Source: Selaginella moellendorffii (lineage: Eukaryota; Plantae; Lycopodiophyta). From it: 64,000 nucleotides of DNA. The stretch is taken from NCBI RefSeq assembly GCF_000143415.4, contig NW_003314317.1:726296-790295 (forward strand), written 5' to 3'. Below, piece by piece: positions 47,760-60,715 of the stretch (position 1 is the first letter of the stretch; each line of letters opens with the position of its first letter). The notes below the pieces were generated by a model. It was not told where the DNA came from and searched no databases. It worked only from the letters and a program-made list of their open reading frames with translations. The translations under genes and the position numbers were made by a program.

Positions 47760-49885
47760 TCAATCCCTTAGGTACTCCCACTCCGGTTTGCTGTGTGGAA
47801 GATCGGAGTGCCACACCATCGCGTCCCATACGACTCGAGCCACTTCTCCTTCTCCGCAAAAGGGTTGGGATCTCGCCATCAGCGGAACCTTGCCACTGAG
47901 CTGATCTGGGAGTTGAGAACGATTTCGCTTGCGATCTCCGGGCTCTTGAAGAAACGCATGAAGAAACACGCACCACAGGTCGCCCCCAGAGCATGCGTTC
48001 GGTCCACCAGTTGCGGAAGAAGGGCTTCCCCCTGCAGCAGTCACGCAGTGCCCCGAGCAGCTGCTTGTCCGAGGGCACCAAGGTTCCACGTGCCTCCCAG
48101 ATCAAATACAAGGCGAGCGAGTGAAAACGTCGTTTCCGGTGAGTAGAAGAGGCATACTTGGAAACCAGTTATTCGATCAGCGAGCGAGTGCAAGCGTGGT
48201 TTGCAAGTTGATATTTCATAATCTTGTATCAAAGCCTTGTTGCATCGAAGATCGCTAGCGCCTCCAGCAGAAGATGCCAGAGGAGGTGTTCTTGTCGCGG
48301 ATACTATCAAATGCCAATCGAGATCGCCGAGCCTCCCATACAGCTCGATCGGTGCTGCGTGGCGGTAGTAGCTTGCATCAGCGATGGATCCACAAGCAGC
48401 ATCGCTCTGGGCGGGACTGGAAGAATCCAAGGAGCCCACTATGCGCTTGAGCCTTGCGTGTCCGGGCATGAGTGCGGCGGATCTGGTCGTGATGCAATGG
48501 CAATGTTCCTCACCAGCGGGGATCTCGATAGATTGGCGTATGATCACAAAGAGGTTCCTGCATGCTACGATATTCAAAGCTTTCCTCTCAAAGCTGATCA
48601 TTTCCACGATTCAGTATAGTGCACACGCAGTCATGATCGCTCCAATCCAGTAACCCGGACATAGCTTCAAAACACGAACACAAACACGAACACGGCATTC
48701 AATTTTTTGAACACGAACACGGAATACGGAAATGAACACAGATAAACACGGGTGAAAACACGAATATTCTCTAGAATATTCTACTTATAGCTCCATCTCA
48801 TCTAGAAGCTCCTCATTAGCAGGATCATCATTTTTGTCTTTGTCCTCTTCTTCCATAGCTTCAATATCAGCATCAGTAATTTGAGGAATACTTCCTGTCT
48901 AGCTCAATCCCACAAACTTGTCATAGGAAGTGTGGCTCCCTATCAACTTGGTATTACTGGCCACAAATACTAAGTCTGCAATCCGGCTCACTGCTAAGCA
49001 ATTCCTCTTCTTTGAAGTGATGTGCCCAAAAATGCTGAACAATCGCTCCACAGATGAAGAAGAACTTGCCTGACTAAACACTCGAATTGCCAACCTCTGC
49101 AAATCTGGACCTGAGTAGCCATTGTCCTCCCACCACTGCACAAAACTTTGTTGTACGATCCATCTGAAAGTCCCCGGTGCCAAAACTACCCTCCAAGTTC
49201 CTGTATTGGCAAAGCTGATTTTTCATAATCAACCTTTGCTGATAGTCAAGGAATTTTTTGCAGTGAAATCAGGCGTGGCTAAGCGCCATTCCTCCCACTC
49301 CAGCGCTAGAATCCTAGAGAGGGCATTCCCAGCCCAAGAAAATTGCCATAGATCGCTGGAAAAACCTTTTGATTGATCGCAAGAATTTTTGATTGATCGC
49401 AAGAATTTTTTATTGATCGCAAGACAAGAAAACATCAAAGCGCAGAACCACATGAGCTATTGTTTTAGAACACGGCGTGGTCACACAATATTTGACCATG
49501 TTTCAACCGTGTTTGGAGCCGTGTTTTGGAGCATTGACCGAGTCAATGAACACAGCCCGTGTTAACACGGCTGGGGGCCGTGTTCGTGTCACCACGCCAA
49601 CACGCTGTGGTGCACGGCGTGTTTTGAAGCACTGAACCCGGACAACATGCCATCAATGACACCACAATGCTTGGCATTGTAATACATGGGGCAACCGTAA
49701 TAACCATCCTGAACATCGCTCAAAGGCTGGCCATGGAAACCAATCTTTCCGGCGATGATGTCCTTCACTGCACTCTTGCAGCGGATGATCTTGCTAATAC
49801 AATGCCGACGCCACTCCCCCGCATGATGTACACGATAACCACGGGGGGACGCAAACACAGGCTTGAAGATGCAGCATTCCCGTAG
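47760..49885 (-). pseudogene. Unidentified pseudogene interrupted by the hAT element
   Basis: Exon-like coding-quality sequence on both sides of the hAT insertion, rejoining across the TSD. Stops and frameshifts present. Confidence 0.35.
48660..49634 (-). mobile_element. Non-autonomous hAT DNA transposon (975 bp)
   Basis: TIRs CATAGCTTCAAAACACG / CAGTGCTTCAAAACACG. 8-bp TSD AACCCGGA (48652-48659, 49635-49642). Subterminal AACACG repeats. hAT dimerisation-domain remnant WW...PDLQRLAIRVFSQASSSSSVERLFS (48899-49183). Confidence 0.95.
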
Positions 49886-50079
49886 CCTCTCGTAGGTTTC
49901 TTGCGTCTAGAAAGAGGGAAACAAGTTACCTTGGTTTGTGGATTCAAAATCCGAGCTTCGCTCAAAGAACGTGAATTTCAGGAGGTAACTATCCTTGTTG
50001 TCGGGGGGAACAAAGCGCCATCCGGCCATCCTCTACAGGGATGGTGTAGAGGAAATCAGACCTGCCGCCTGCATCCGTT

Positions 50080-50690
50080 GGAGAGATGGATTTTCTTCTT
50101 ACTACCTCTGGAACTTTTTGAGAAAGTTCTCAAACAAGGAACAGCTTTGCTTGGATTTCCTCCTTCCAATTTCTTTTGAAGCTAACTTATTGCTCTTGCG
50201 ATTTCAACTTCTTTTTCGTTCTGGGAACTGTTTGTTGCTTCTTTTTTTCTCACATATGCCAGGAGCACTTGCGAGGGGTCACGTACTACCGAGGAGCCCG
50301 ATCTTGGTGGTGAACAGCACGGACCACGCGAAAATCTCCGTGATCAAAGACGAGGTGGTCCTCGTCTTCGTCAACAAGCAGGATGCCATGGCTCCCACGG
50401 AGATCACCGACGCTCTCACCATCAAGAACCACGACTGGCACATCCTGCGAGGGACTGTTCGATGGCCTCGGCTGGGTGGCGCAGCACGTCACTGGAAACA
50501 AAGCTACTGCTCCACCTGCGAGTTGAAAGAACCAAAGAAGCGAACTCGCGTGCCAAGAGTTTCTGTGACCATTCTTATACTTGTTGGAACTGTCTAATCG
50601 AAAACATTGCATCACCAAGGATCACAAGAAAAAGAAATAAGTAGTCTGGATTCTCGGAAAGATGAAAGGTAGGATTGGATGGAGAGAAAG
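50080..50690 (+). pseudogene. Inverted partial duplicate of ARFC1 (intron end, exon 2, 3' UTR)
   Basis: Aligns to the reverse complement of ~53560-54312 with many short deletions. Confidence 0.9.
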
Positions 50691-50759
50691 AGCATGACAC
50701 ACATTCAAGAGGGCTCTGCTCACAATCCTGGTGGCTTTGATGTAGCGATACACTGCCAA

Positions 50760-53100
50760 ATTTAATAGAATAAGTAATTTTCTAGATAAAGATAAATAAA
50801 TTTCAAAAAATATATTGTTTTAATAACTATAAACTTTTTTTTCAAAATTTATATATTTAGGAAATTTAGAATAAACTTCAAGCATATAAAATATTTTAGG
50901 AAAATATACATTTAGTAAATATATAATATAAATTTTAGTTCTTTAAACATTTTTAAATGTTATATCACTATCTATTATAAAAGCCCATTTTTATAGGAGG
51001 GGTATTTAGGAAAAAAAATTATAAAACAAAACTTAAAAATTTAATAATATCTTATTTAATAAAAATATAGTAGAATAAATTTCGTGATTTGTAGATTGCA
51101 AGTGTATTGATCACATACAATCTCTTCTCAATTTTTTCCATAAACAAAGTGGTGTATATCCCAATATTAGATCACAATAATCATTTAATAAATTTAATTT
51201 TATATAGACGTTATCAGTTTTAAATTTCTTTTCAAATTTCAAAAATTATGTAGGTATTAACCCAAACTTAATATTGAGAGCTATTTTACTCTAAAACACC
51301 GCCCCCAAACCAAGTTACTTCAAGTGGCTGATGAATAAAATGTATCATAACAGATCGAAATTGCTTATCGTAAAGTGAAGCCAAAACAATAAACAATTCA
51401 TAAATTGTTAACAAAATTTAATGTAAGATGTGTGGGAATACTTTTGAGGGTAAGTAAGATTTAGATCTGAATATGCTTTTTATTGATAACATATGTAAAA
51501 AAAGTATTTAAAAGGAAAGTAAATTATTTCCTTATTTTAAAGTTTTAAATATTGTTGTTTTTTAATTTTTATATCATAGAAATCTAATATACAATTGAAT
51601 AAAATAGTTGCAAATTCTAACATTTGCATTATATATGGAAGGAGCTACATATAAAAAATTATAAAAATTATTTATTTTTATATTAATCATGTAATATATA
51701 TTTTATTTAAGTTTTTATTTCATCTACCTTTAGAATTATATATGGTTTTTATTTAAAATTTTAGTAAGTGGATTACTTTCACAGTTAAACGTTAGATAAA
51801 CCATATATAGTATAAAAATTTATAATATACAGAGTTAGGCCATTTAAGTTATTTGGAAATACAAGCTCTTTTTAGGTAATTTATCAAGTTTGTTCATGTA
51901 AAAACCCTAGTATTTATCATAGGGAAAATAAACACCTGAAAAGCATAAAATAATTATATTTTTTACTTGAAATAAATTACCTCTTCTTCTTGAATCACAC
52001 AATTATTTTAAGTTTTATAATAGAGGAAAACACCCATGTTGTCTTCCTTTAACTAAGAGCCAAAGACTTCTAAACAGCTTAAACCATATTTTATAAAATT
52101 ACCTTTTATAATAAAAGAATGTTTATTTTTGTTCTTTTTCTTTTTTTACATTGCTTCAATCATCATCATGAACCTTTGTTGCTGCTGTTAAAATTAACTA
52201 AATCCTAAAAACACTTATTAAAGCAAAAGTGAAAAACTAAATTACCTCCATATGAAAAGCAAAGTGCTTGAATTGACAAGACATTATCTTCAAGTAATTT
52301 AATGGTGGATAATCACCAAAGTGAGTGTCTTTTTTCATAGAGCTGAAAGTTGGCATGAGGAGGGCTTTTAAATAACCCAAAACAAAATAATAAGCTTTTA
52401 CTTCTTCTTTTTCACATCATTGCCTCTTCTTTTTTGCTTGGATTGTCATCACAAATCATTATAGCTTTGATTATCACTATTATAAATCACTATCACCTTC
52501 CCACCATCATAGATCACAATCACCTCCATCTTCTCTTCCTCCATCCTCATTAGAATCAAAGACAACCTACCATCACCAATCACTATTGTGCCTCTTCTTT
52601 GCCATTAGGATTAGAGGTGGTTGTGCCCTCATAAGAAGCAAAAATATATATGTTAAATAAAAGTTAAGTGAGTTAATCAAAAGGCCAAAGAATCAAGCAA
52701 TCCTCAACCCACTAACTCATAAGTTACTGGAGTGTTTAGAAATCCAGCCAATAGTGACAAAACCCACTACAATTTCTAAACATAATTTTTATATATTTGA
52801 CACAATGTGTAGCACAAAACAATAGGAAGTTAAAAAGATTGCTATAAGATTAAGAAAGATATCAAGCTAATATATGATTTTTTTTCTTAAACTAGTCAGA
52901 GAACAGGATTATCCAGCTTGGTGTGTGTGATGGAGAGAACTAAACCTTGACGAGTCAATAAAAATCTTTCTACTCCTTATATACTGATCTCATGGGATGG
53001 CAAGTGCATCAACACCTCCTCCTTGATTATCTTCTCTAACTCCATTGCTTCTGTCTAAAAAAGAATATATGCTTATGGTACGAAAAGCCCAAAATAGATC
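50760..53100. other. Very AT-rich non-coding island, possibly a decayed Helitron or other TE
   Basis: Abrupt composition shift. A|TCTATTATAAAA at 50970 and CTAG|T at 52892 resemble Helitron ends, but there is no clear 3' hairpin. Confidence 0.3.
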
Positions 53101-53220
53101 TCTACTTTTTTTAAATGGGAATTCTGTCGTGGCATTGTGACGTGGCGGATTTGCCTACGTGGCATGCCGCATTCTTTTGTTTTAGGGCTTTTGGCCCAAA
53201 AACCCTAGGGCCTGTAAGCG

Positions 53221-53529
53221 ATGGATTTTTCTTCGCCCTCTTCCTCCTCGAATGACGCGATGATGGATCAGCTCAAGAACCAGCTCGCGCAGGCCTACGC
53301 GCAGGAGTTCTTCGGGGTACGCTCTCTCCCTCTCTCCTGCTCCTCCCCGTTTGATAGATTTTTGTGTCTAAATCTCTAGACCGTGCGCGAGAAATGCTTT
53401 GCGAAATGTGTCACCAAGCCCAGCAGCAGCCTGAGTGGATCCGAGAGCAGCTGCATTTCAAAGTGCGTGGATCGCTACATCGAAGCCACCGGGATTGTGA
53501 GCAGGGCCCTCTTTAACGCCACCAAGTGA
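53221..53529 (+). CDS. TIM13: Mitochondrial small Tim chaperone Tim13 (exons 53221-53316, 53380-53529; not in ORF track)
   Basis: MDFSS...QLAQAYAQEFFG|TVREKCFAKCVTKPSSSLSGSESSCISKCVDRYIEAT (twin CX3C). Site II-like GGCCCA and a telo-box in the promoter (53193-53207). Confidence 0.93.
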
Positions 53530-53729
53530 GTGAGTGAGTCTTATACTCGCTCTTGTTCTCTCTCTCTCAATCCATTTTTCCTTTCATCTCTTCGAGAATC
53601 CAGACTCTCCCTTTTCTACTTCGCGATGCAATGGTTTCGAGACGAGCTCTTTAGACGTTTCCAACAAGTATAAGAATGATCACACAAACTCTTGGTACGC
53701 GAGTGTTCTAAAAATCTCTTTTGGTTCTT

Positions 53730-54811
53730 TCAACTCGCTGGTGGAGCAGCGGTGGTAGCGGTCTTGTTTCCAGTGACATGCTGCGCTACCCAGCCGAGGC
53801 CATCGAACAATCCCTCGCCTGTCAAGGCACAGCAGGCCTGGATGTGCCAGTCGTGGTTCTTGATGGTGTGCAGGGAGAGAGCGTCGGTGATCTCCGCGGG
53901 AGCCATGGCGTCCTTGAGGTCCTGCTTGTTGGCGAAGACGAGCACCACCGCCTGCTGCAAGTCCTCGTGCTGGAGCAGCCGGAAGAGCTCGTCTTTGATC
54001 ACGGCGATTCTCGCGCGGTCCGTGCTGTCCACCACCAAGATCACTGCGTGGGCTCCTCGGTAGTACGTGACCCACGACGCTCGCAAGCGCTCCTGGCCTC
54101 CCAAGTCCCACACCTGTGAGAAAAGCAAAGAAAAGTTTCGATCAATCCATCAGAACGAAAGAAAAGTTGGAAACCGCAAGAACAGAAGTTAGTGGAACGA
54201 AGATCGTATCAAAAGAAACAGGAAATCCAAGCAAAGCTGATTCCTTGATTCGAGAAAACTTCCTAGGAAGAAAGGAGTGCACACAAAACTTCCAGAGAAA
54301 ATCCATCTCCAAGTTTAGATCGATCCATTAGAATGAAAGAAGGAAAGAAACCGCAGGAACAAAAGTTAGCCAAGCAAAGCTAGATCGTATCAAAAGAAAT
54401 CGAAAAGAGGAAATCCAAGCAAAGATGATTCCTTGTTTTGCGAAAACTTTCTAGAAAGAAAACACCAGAGAAGCAAGAAGAAAATCCATCTCCAAGCATG
54501 CAAAGATCAGAGAGTGATGGAAGCCAATCGAAACGAAGAGAAAAAGAGGAGAATTCAGGAGAGTGATGGAAGTCAATCCAAACGAAGAAAAAAAGAGAAG
54601 AGAATTCTACACAAAGTACCTCGAATCGGATGTTCTTGTAGACAATCTCCTCGACATTGCTGCCGACGGTGGGCTGCGTCACTACCACTTCGCCGAGATG
54701 GAGCTTGTAGAGCGTCGTCGTCTTGCCCGCGTTGTCCAACCCCACCACCACGATCTTATACTCCTTGGCCGGGAACACCATAAACCACACTCTAGAGATC
54801 AAAGCGCCCAT
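53730..54811 (-). CDS. ARFC1: ARF-like GTPase ARFC1/ARL5 (exons 54811-54620, 54113-53730)
   Basis: MG myristoylation start, [23 protein letters not shown]. Confidence 0.93.
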
Positions 54812-55035
54812 GGCCGCGCTCTATCCCTTCCCTTAGGTCAAATCGATCGAGTCGATCACACCGCGCAGATCCAAGCGCCTTAGCCTCTGCTGCTGCCGCT
54901 GCTCCTACAAATCGAGATCAATCGATCCTCGCAGTGAAAAATCCGGCCCAGAAAAGAACTCTCCACTAGAGAGTATTTAGGGCGGCTATAATGCGTATGA
55001 GTGTTCTCAAATTTTAGGGTTCTTGGAGGGCATCC

Positions 55036-56418
55036 ATGGCGACGGAGGAAGCGACCACGGCGACGAACTGTAAGTGTGATTTCTCGCTGGATTCTCGGTT
55101 CTATCGCTGCGCTACTCGATTTCCAGGCACATTCTTCAAGAAGCCTCCCAAGAACAGGAATCTGAGGAAGCGGCCACAGGAGGAAGAGGCGGCAGGCGAT
55201 GGCGCGGGCAGCGGCAGCGACGAGGAGAAATCCGCGGTTGTCCACAAGCCAAAGGCGCCGCGCAAGGGCGGATTCACGACCGGAGTAGCGCAGCGATCGG
55301 GCGCCGACGAGGCAGCGGCGGCTGGGGCGGGCAGCACGAGCAAGAACACATTCTTCTACGAGTCCTCCAAGGAGATCCAGGCCCAGGACAGCTACGCGAC
55401 CGCGGCGCTCGAGACCGAGACCGAGTTCGACAAGGACGCGCGGGCGCTGCGCGAGAAGGTGCTCCAGGCGGCGGCCAAGCGGATCAAATCCTCCAGCGAT
55501 CCCTTCGACGCCACCACCAACAAGGAGAAAGGCGAGGACAAAGGAGAGAAGAAGCCAGCGATCTACAAGGGACTCAACGCTTACACCGATCACCGCGCTG
55601 GGTTTCGGCGAGAGAACAGCATCGCCTCCGAGAAAGCTGGAGGGGCTCACGGGCCTCTCCGCGCGGCCTCCAACGTGAGAATGTCGGTGAGGTTCGACTA
55701 CCAGCCGGACGTTTGCAAGGATTACAAGGAGACTGGCTACTGCGGCTATGGCGATTCCTGCAAGTACTTGCACGACCGGGGGGACTATAAGTCGGGGTGG
55801 CAGCTCGAGCGGGACTGGGAGGAGGCACAGCGGGAAAAGAAGGAGAGGTTGATGAGGGGGATCAAGGAGATGGTGGAAGGCAAGGAGGAGGATGAGGAGG
55901 AGGACGACGAGCTGCCTTTCGCGTGCTTCATCTGCCGCGAGTCGTTTGTGAATCCGGTGGTGACGGCTTGCAAGCACTACTTCTGTGAAAGCTGTGCTCT
56001 CGAGGTGCGTTTTTGTTTTGTTCTTCCTTCTTCCTTTTGTCCGAGATCTCTGTTCTCTTTTCTTCCAAGTTTTAGATCTCTTTCTCTTCGAGCTGGTACC
56101 TTCGTTATATCTTGTTCTCTTTTTCCGCGTTTTAGATCGAGAAGTCTCTTTCTCTTCGAGCTGGTTGATTCTTAATCACCTTCTTGGTTTGAACCTTTTC
56201 CTCTCTTCTTCCAAGTTTTAGATCGAAAAGTCCTGCTTTCTCTTCGAGCTGGTTGATTCAAAGTGCCAGTTTTAAAGTTTTTTTTTCTCTTTCGAGCTAA
56301 AAGTTTTCCTTTTTTGCAGCACTACAAGAAGAACAAATCGTGTTTTGTGTGCAACAAGCCCACGAACGGGCTCTTCAACACAGCACACATCATTTTGAAG
56401 AAGCTAAGGAAGCCATAG
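55036..56418 (+). CDS. RNF113/Cwc24-like CCCH + RING spliceosomal protein
   Basis: [38 protein letters not shown]; LPFACFICR...[12 protein letters not shown]|[20 protein letters not shown] (last exon 56320-56418). Confidence 0.93.
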
Positions 56419-56498
56419 CTGTGGTAAAGTCTTCCTTTTTCTTTGCGATAAATCTCTGTTTCTTCTTAGGGCTCTCTTCACTCCAACTAGTAGGGTTT

Positions 56499-56923
56499 AT
56501 GGAGGAGGCGTCGATCGTGTACCGCTGCAGGAAGTGCCGCCAAATTGTAGCCACCGACTCGAGCGTCCAGCGCCATGATCCAGGCTCCGGCGAGCAGGCC
56601 TTCTTCTCGTGGAAGAAGCGATCCAACAACGACGATGCCAAACCGCGCGAGTGCTCGTCGATCTTTGTGGAGCCAATGCAATGGATGAATGGAGGTTAGC
56701 TCATCTCCTCAAACCATGCAATCTTATAGTTTGTCTACTTTGTTTAGTTCAAGATGGCAGTGTGGAAGGGAAGCTCTTGTGTAACGTCTGCCAGGCGAGG
56801 CTGGGGAGCTTTAACTGGTCGGGGCTACAGTGTAGCTGTGGAGCTTGGGTGAATCCAGCGTTCCAGCTCCACAAGAATCGTTTGGATGCTACTACACTCG
56901 TGGTAAGCGATAGAGAGAAATAA
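56499..56923 (+). CDS. Stand-alone Yvh1/DUSP12-type zinc-binding domain protein (no phosphatase domain), 2 exons
   Basis: YRCRKCR...H...CSSIFVEPMQWM...EGKLLCNVCQARLGSFNWSGLQCSCGAWVNPAFQLHK. Confidence 0.88.
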
Positions 56924-57071
56924 AAAAAGAACAAGGGGGGAGCTTACTTTTCTCTGAGAAGTTATCATTGGAGAAGCAAATCTTCTTCTCCGCCGGGCAC
57001 CAATGAAGCCCAGCACTGTCGATATAATCCATTTTCAAATAGATAAGGGAAAGCCTGTCTCTCCCCTTTTA

Positions 57072-59791
57072 TCAAGCGTATAGAACGTCCTCCCATGGAT
57101 GCCGGTACAATGGCTGTTTCAATCTCTTTTGGTCGAATGTGTGCCTGTAAAGAATGTCAAAGTTTGAGAGCTTGGAACAACTTCTAACAGTTGGAAGGAA
57201 GCTTACCCGATGAGACCGATGCTCCTGGCGAGAACAAAGAGGCCGTTCAAGTAGCCAATCTCCACAATGTCATCGATCTCTTGCTGGTTAAACATGGCGC
57301 AGCTGACTAGCAAGTCGAGGAAGAGCGAGCCAATGGCACCGTCCACATTGAGCACCAGGTTGTTGGCTTTGGTCAGTGTGTACGTCTCTACTTGCACGGC
57401 ATACTCCATGTATTTCACTGAGGGGAAGTGGAGACGAGCATACTTCTGGAGGAACTCGACTCTCTTGTCCCGGTTGTCACGGCTCTTTATCCTGAGAGAC
57501 ACGATAGTATGCGTAAGAACTCCAAATGACCCTATAGTTACCTGTGACCAATCCCTGGAACACGAATTCCTTTCTTTTTCATCGTCTCCACGAACTCGTG
57601 TGGCTTTAGTTGCTGCATGGGAAAGTAAAAAGGAAGGATCAAATTATTCCTTTGCGGGAGAATAGTGTGGCAGCTTACTCTATCGTACGCATCTTTGAAG
57701 TAGCGTGCTGCATCGTCAATCGCACCTCCAAATCTTGGTCCGATAGTAAGGAGACCTGCGACCGACAATTACTTCATGCAAGAAATATAGGGCCTTTACC
57801 GGATACAAGGCAAGAAACCAAGTCTTTCCCAGCTCGAGAAGTGACTATGGAGTTGTGTGCTCCAGAAACACATGGGCCGTGATCTGCGCACAGGATAATG
57901 CACATCTGCGTCGAGGAAACTTGGAGAACCACAAAATTTACTGAAAATGAATGCTTACCTCAATAAACTTGGTGGCATAGCGAGGAAGATTCTTTTTAAA
58001 CCATAGCAAAGATATGACGTCTCCAACGCCAAACTCCTTTTCAATAATGTTGGAAATAGGGACGCCAGCATATGTCGGTTCTTCACCTGCAGCAAAAGTA
58101 AACAGAATTACCGCCATATGGTTTGGAGAGTATAGCTTTGAAACCTCTATCATCACAAATGGTAGAAACAATGTGAGTGGGAGCACGAACTTTGCCGTTC
58201 TTCACAGCAATGTTAAGGTCTTCGGGAACAATGGGAGGAGTAACGTCGGCCACAGGAATAATTACACCACTTGCAACCTGCATTTCTCCATAAGAATGCA
58301 AAACTTGAATGTTTTTTGAGCACTTACCAGCTTCTCAAAAGTGTCTTTAATGACGGCTTCCAAAGACTCGAAAGATGTTGGCACAATAGCACCAGCTTCC
58401 TTCAGAGCTTTGTTTTTTCCCTGTGCCGACTCCAAGTCTCCTCCACTTTTGGCACCCTGACAAAACGAACGAGCGTCTAAGACTTTGGCTTAATCATCAT
58501 AAGATCCGCACTCACAGCATGACCAAACTGGACTTCAGACTTGAAGAGCTTCGCACAAGTTCCACTGACCCACGCGACAACAGGCTTGTGAACTCTTCCT
58601 TGTTGAAGAGCCTCGACTAAAGAATACTCATCCGTTCCTCCAAGTTCTCCCAAAACCACAATCAATTTTATCTACAGGCAAAACAGTATAAACACGTCAA
58701 AACACACACAAACAAGAGATTTACTTGAGGTATGTTGTTAAATCGAAGGACGTGATCTGACAACGTAGATCCCGGAAAGACATCGCCTCCGATTGCAATT
58801 CCTAACGAGATAAATAAATCCAAGGTTCAGATCAATCAAGGACAACGCAAAAGACAAACCTTCGTAGAGCCCGTCAGTTGCACGAGCAAGAACGTTGTAC
58901 ATCTCGTTGGACATGCCTCCCTGAAAGGGCCCCAGGCGTATCGTCAGTGAATAAAAACCAAGAACACTTACAGATTTGGAGACAAATCCCACGGACCCAG
59001 GGCGATAAAGCTTACAACTCACGATGTTATCGAGAGTACCAGCAGTATCTCCAATCTTGAAGGCACCAGCCTGCATACCACCTACAGTAGCAGGCCCAAT
59101 GACTACCTATGAACAAGTGAAGAACAAATCTCGTAAGTTTATTCCAAGTCTCAGAGTACCTTGTTATTTGCTCTGGCATACGCTATCAGCTTTTTGGCAT
59201 CGCCTTCCGGGACTCCCTCGGCAATAATAGCGACGACTCGTATCGTTGGTTGCTTGAGAGCTTCCATTGACGAAGCAAAGGCACTGTAAAACACGTAAGA
59301 CAAAGGTCAACCAATTAGCTTACATGGAATTCTCCTCGCGACGTCACAAACACGAAGGTCTTACCTCCTAAACGACGCGAAGTTAATAAATACGTCTGCT
59401 GTGGGATGTGCCTTACATCCAGCGACGACACTGTTGGATAGAAAGAGCCATTTAATAGATCGTCGCTACCAACTAGACCAGAGATCTCGAAACAAGCAAG
59501 AGATTTCGAGATATCGGGAAGGATATTCCACTCACCTCCCATAAACCGGCACGGCAATCTCTTCCTGCCCGAAGAAGAGCTTCTGGAATCCATCAGATCC
59601 GGGATTGACAATGCCGGCCACCGATGGGAGCTCCCGCGCTGCAATGCCGGCCATCCGGCGTTAGAATCTCCACAAAACGAGCCTCCCCTACCGCACAGGA
59701 AGTCGAAATCCAGCATCCGCTGGATGGGGCTTTGCTTGAAATTGTAGAAGAGCGCCTGCGTAGATCGCGAGAAGAGCTGCCCCGTCGCCAT
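57072..59791 (-). CDS. ACLB: ATP-citrate lyase subunit B, multi-exon
   Basis: [77 protein letters not shown]. Confidence 0.97.
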
Positions 59792-60193
59792 CGCGGCTCC
59801 TATCAATCGACCTCGAGCGCTGCTCGGATCGCGCTCGCGCAGCGCTCTTCTCGCCAAAATAAAATAAAATAAACTAAACCTAAATTTCTCCCACTATGCT
59901 ATTCCCAACTACCTGGCCTTTCTCTCTAGAATGGTAGGAATATCATCCAGATTTGATGAGACCAAAAAATAAAAACAAAGGGGGCGCATCAAGAAAGATT
60001 CGCTTTTTTTATTCCCTTGTTATCCATTGAAGAAGACGATGCCAATATACAACGCACGAATGCGTGCTTTTAGTAGTAGACATAGTGGTGGTGTTGACGA
60101 CGAAGAACAAAGAACTCTGGAAAACACGAAAGAAAACGCAAAGAAGAAACAAACCATGGAAGAACGAAGAAATGCGTGTTAGAACTTTGGTGT

Positions 60194-60684
60194 CTACCTC
60201 CAGCTCGATCCACCCAGACGAATCACGTCCTCGCCGCTCGAGTCTTTCACTCGCGCTGCTTGGTTCTCTTCGAGCTTCTTGCCGCTAGCATCGCCATACA
60301 CGTCCCGGAGCTTGAGTAAGTTCGCCGATATCGCAGCGTTTGCGGCACTGCCATTCTTGTCACTGTCTTTCATTCCGGGGCTCGAGCTCCTCCTCCTCGG
60401 ACTCCTTCTCGGGCTCCGGCTCCGGCTTCTACTCCGCCTCTCCCTTCTCCAATCTCTATCCCTCTCCCTGGAAGAGTGTCGGTCTCTATCCCGGTTCTCC
60501 CTCTCCCTAGAAGAGTGCCGGTCTTTATCCCTCTCCTCTCTGTCCCGCCGGTCCCTCCTGTCCCGTCCTCTATCCCTGTAGTCCGAGTCCCTGCTTCTCG
60601 GCCTCTCCCTCTCCACTTCACGGTCTCGGCCTCGGTCTCTCTCTTCGCGAGTCCTGTCCTGGCCTCTGCTGCTACGATCGTCAG

Positions 60685-60715
<31 letters not shown>

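Noticed and set aside
54880-55977. 365-aa minus-strand ORF
   Set aside because: Antisense shadow of the GC-rich RNF113 exon; no motifs.
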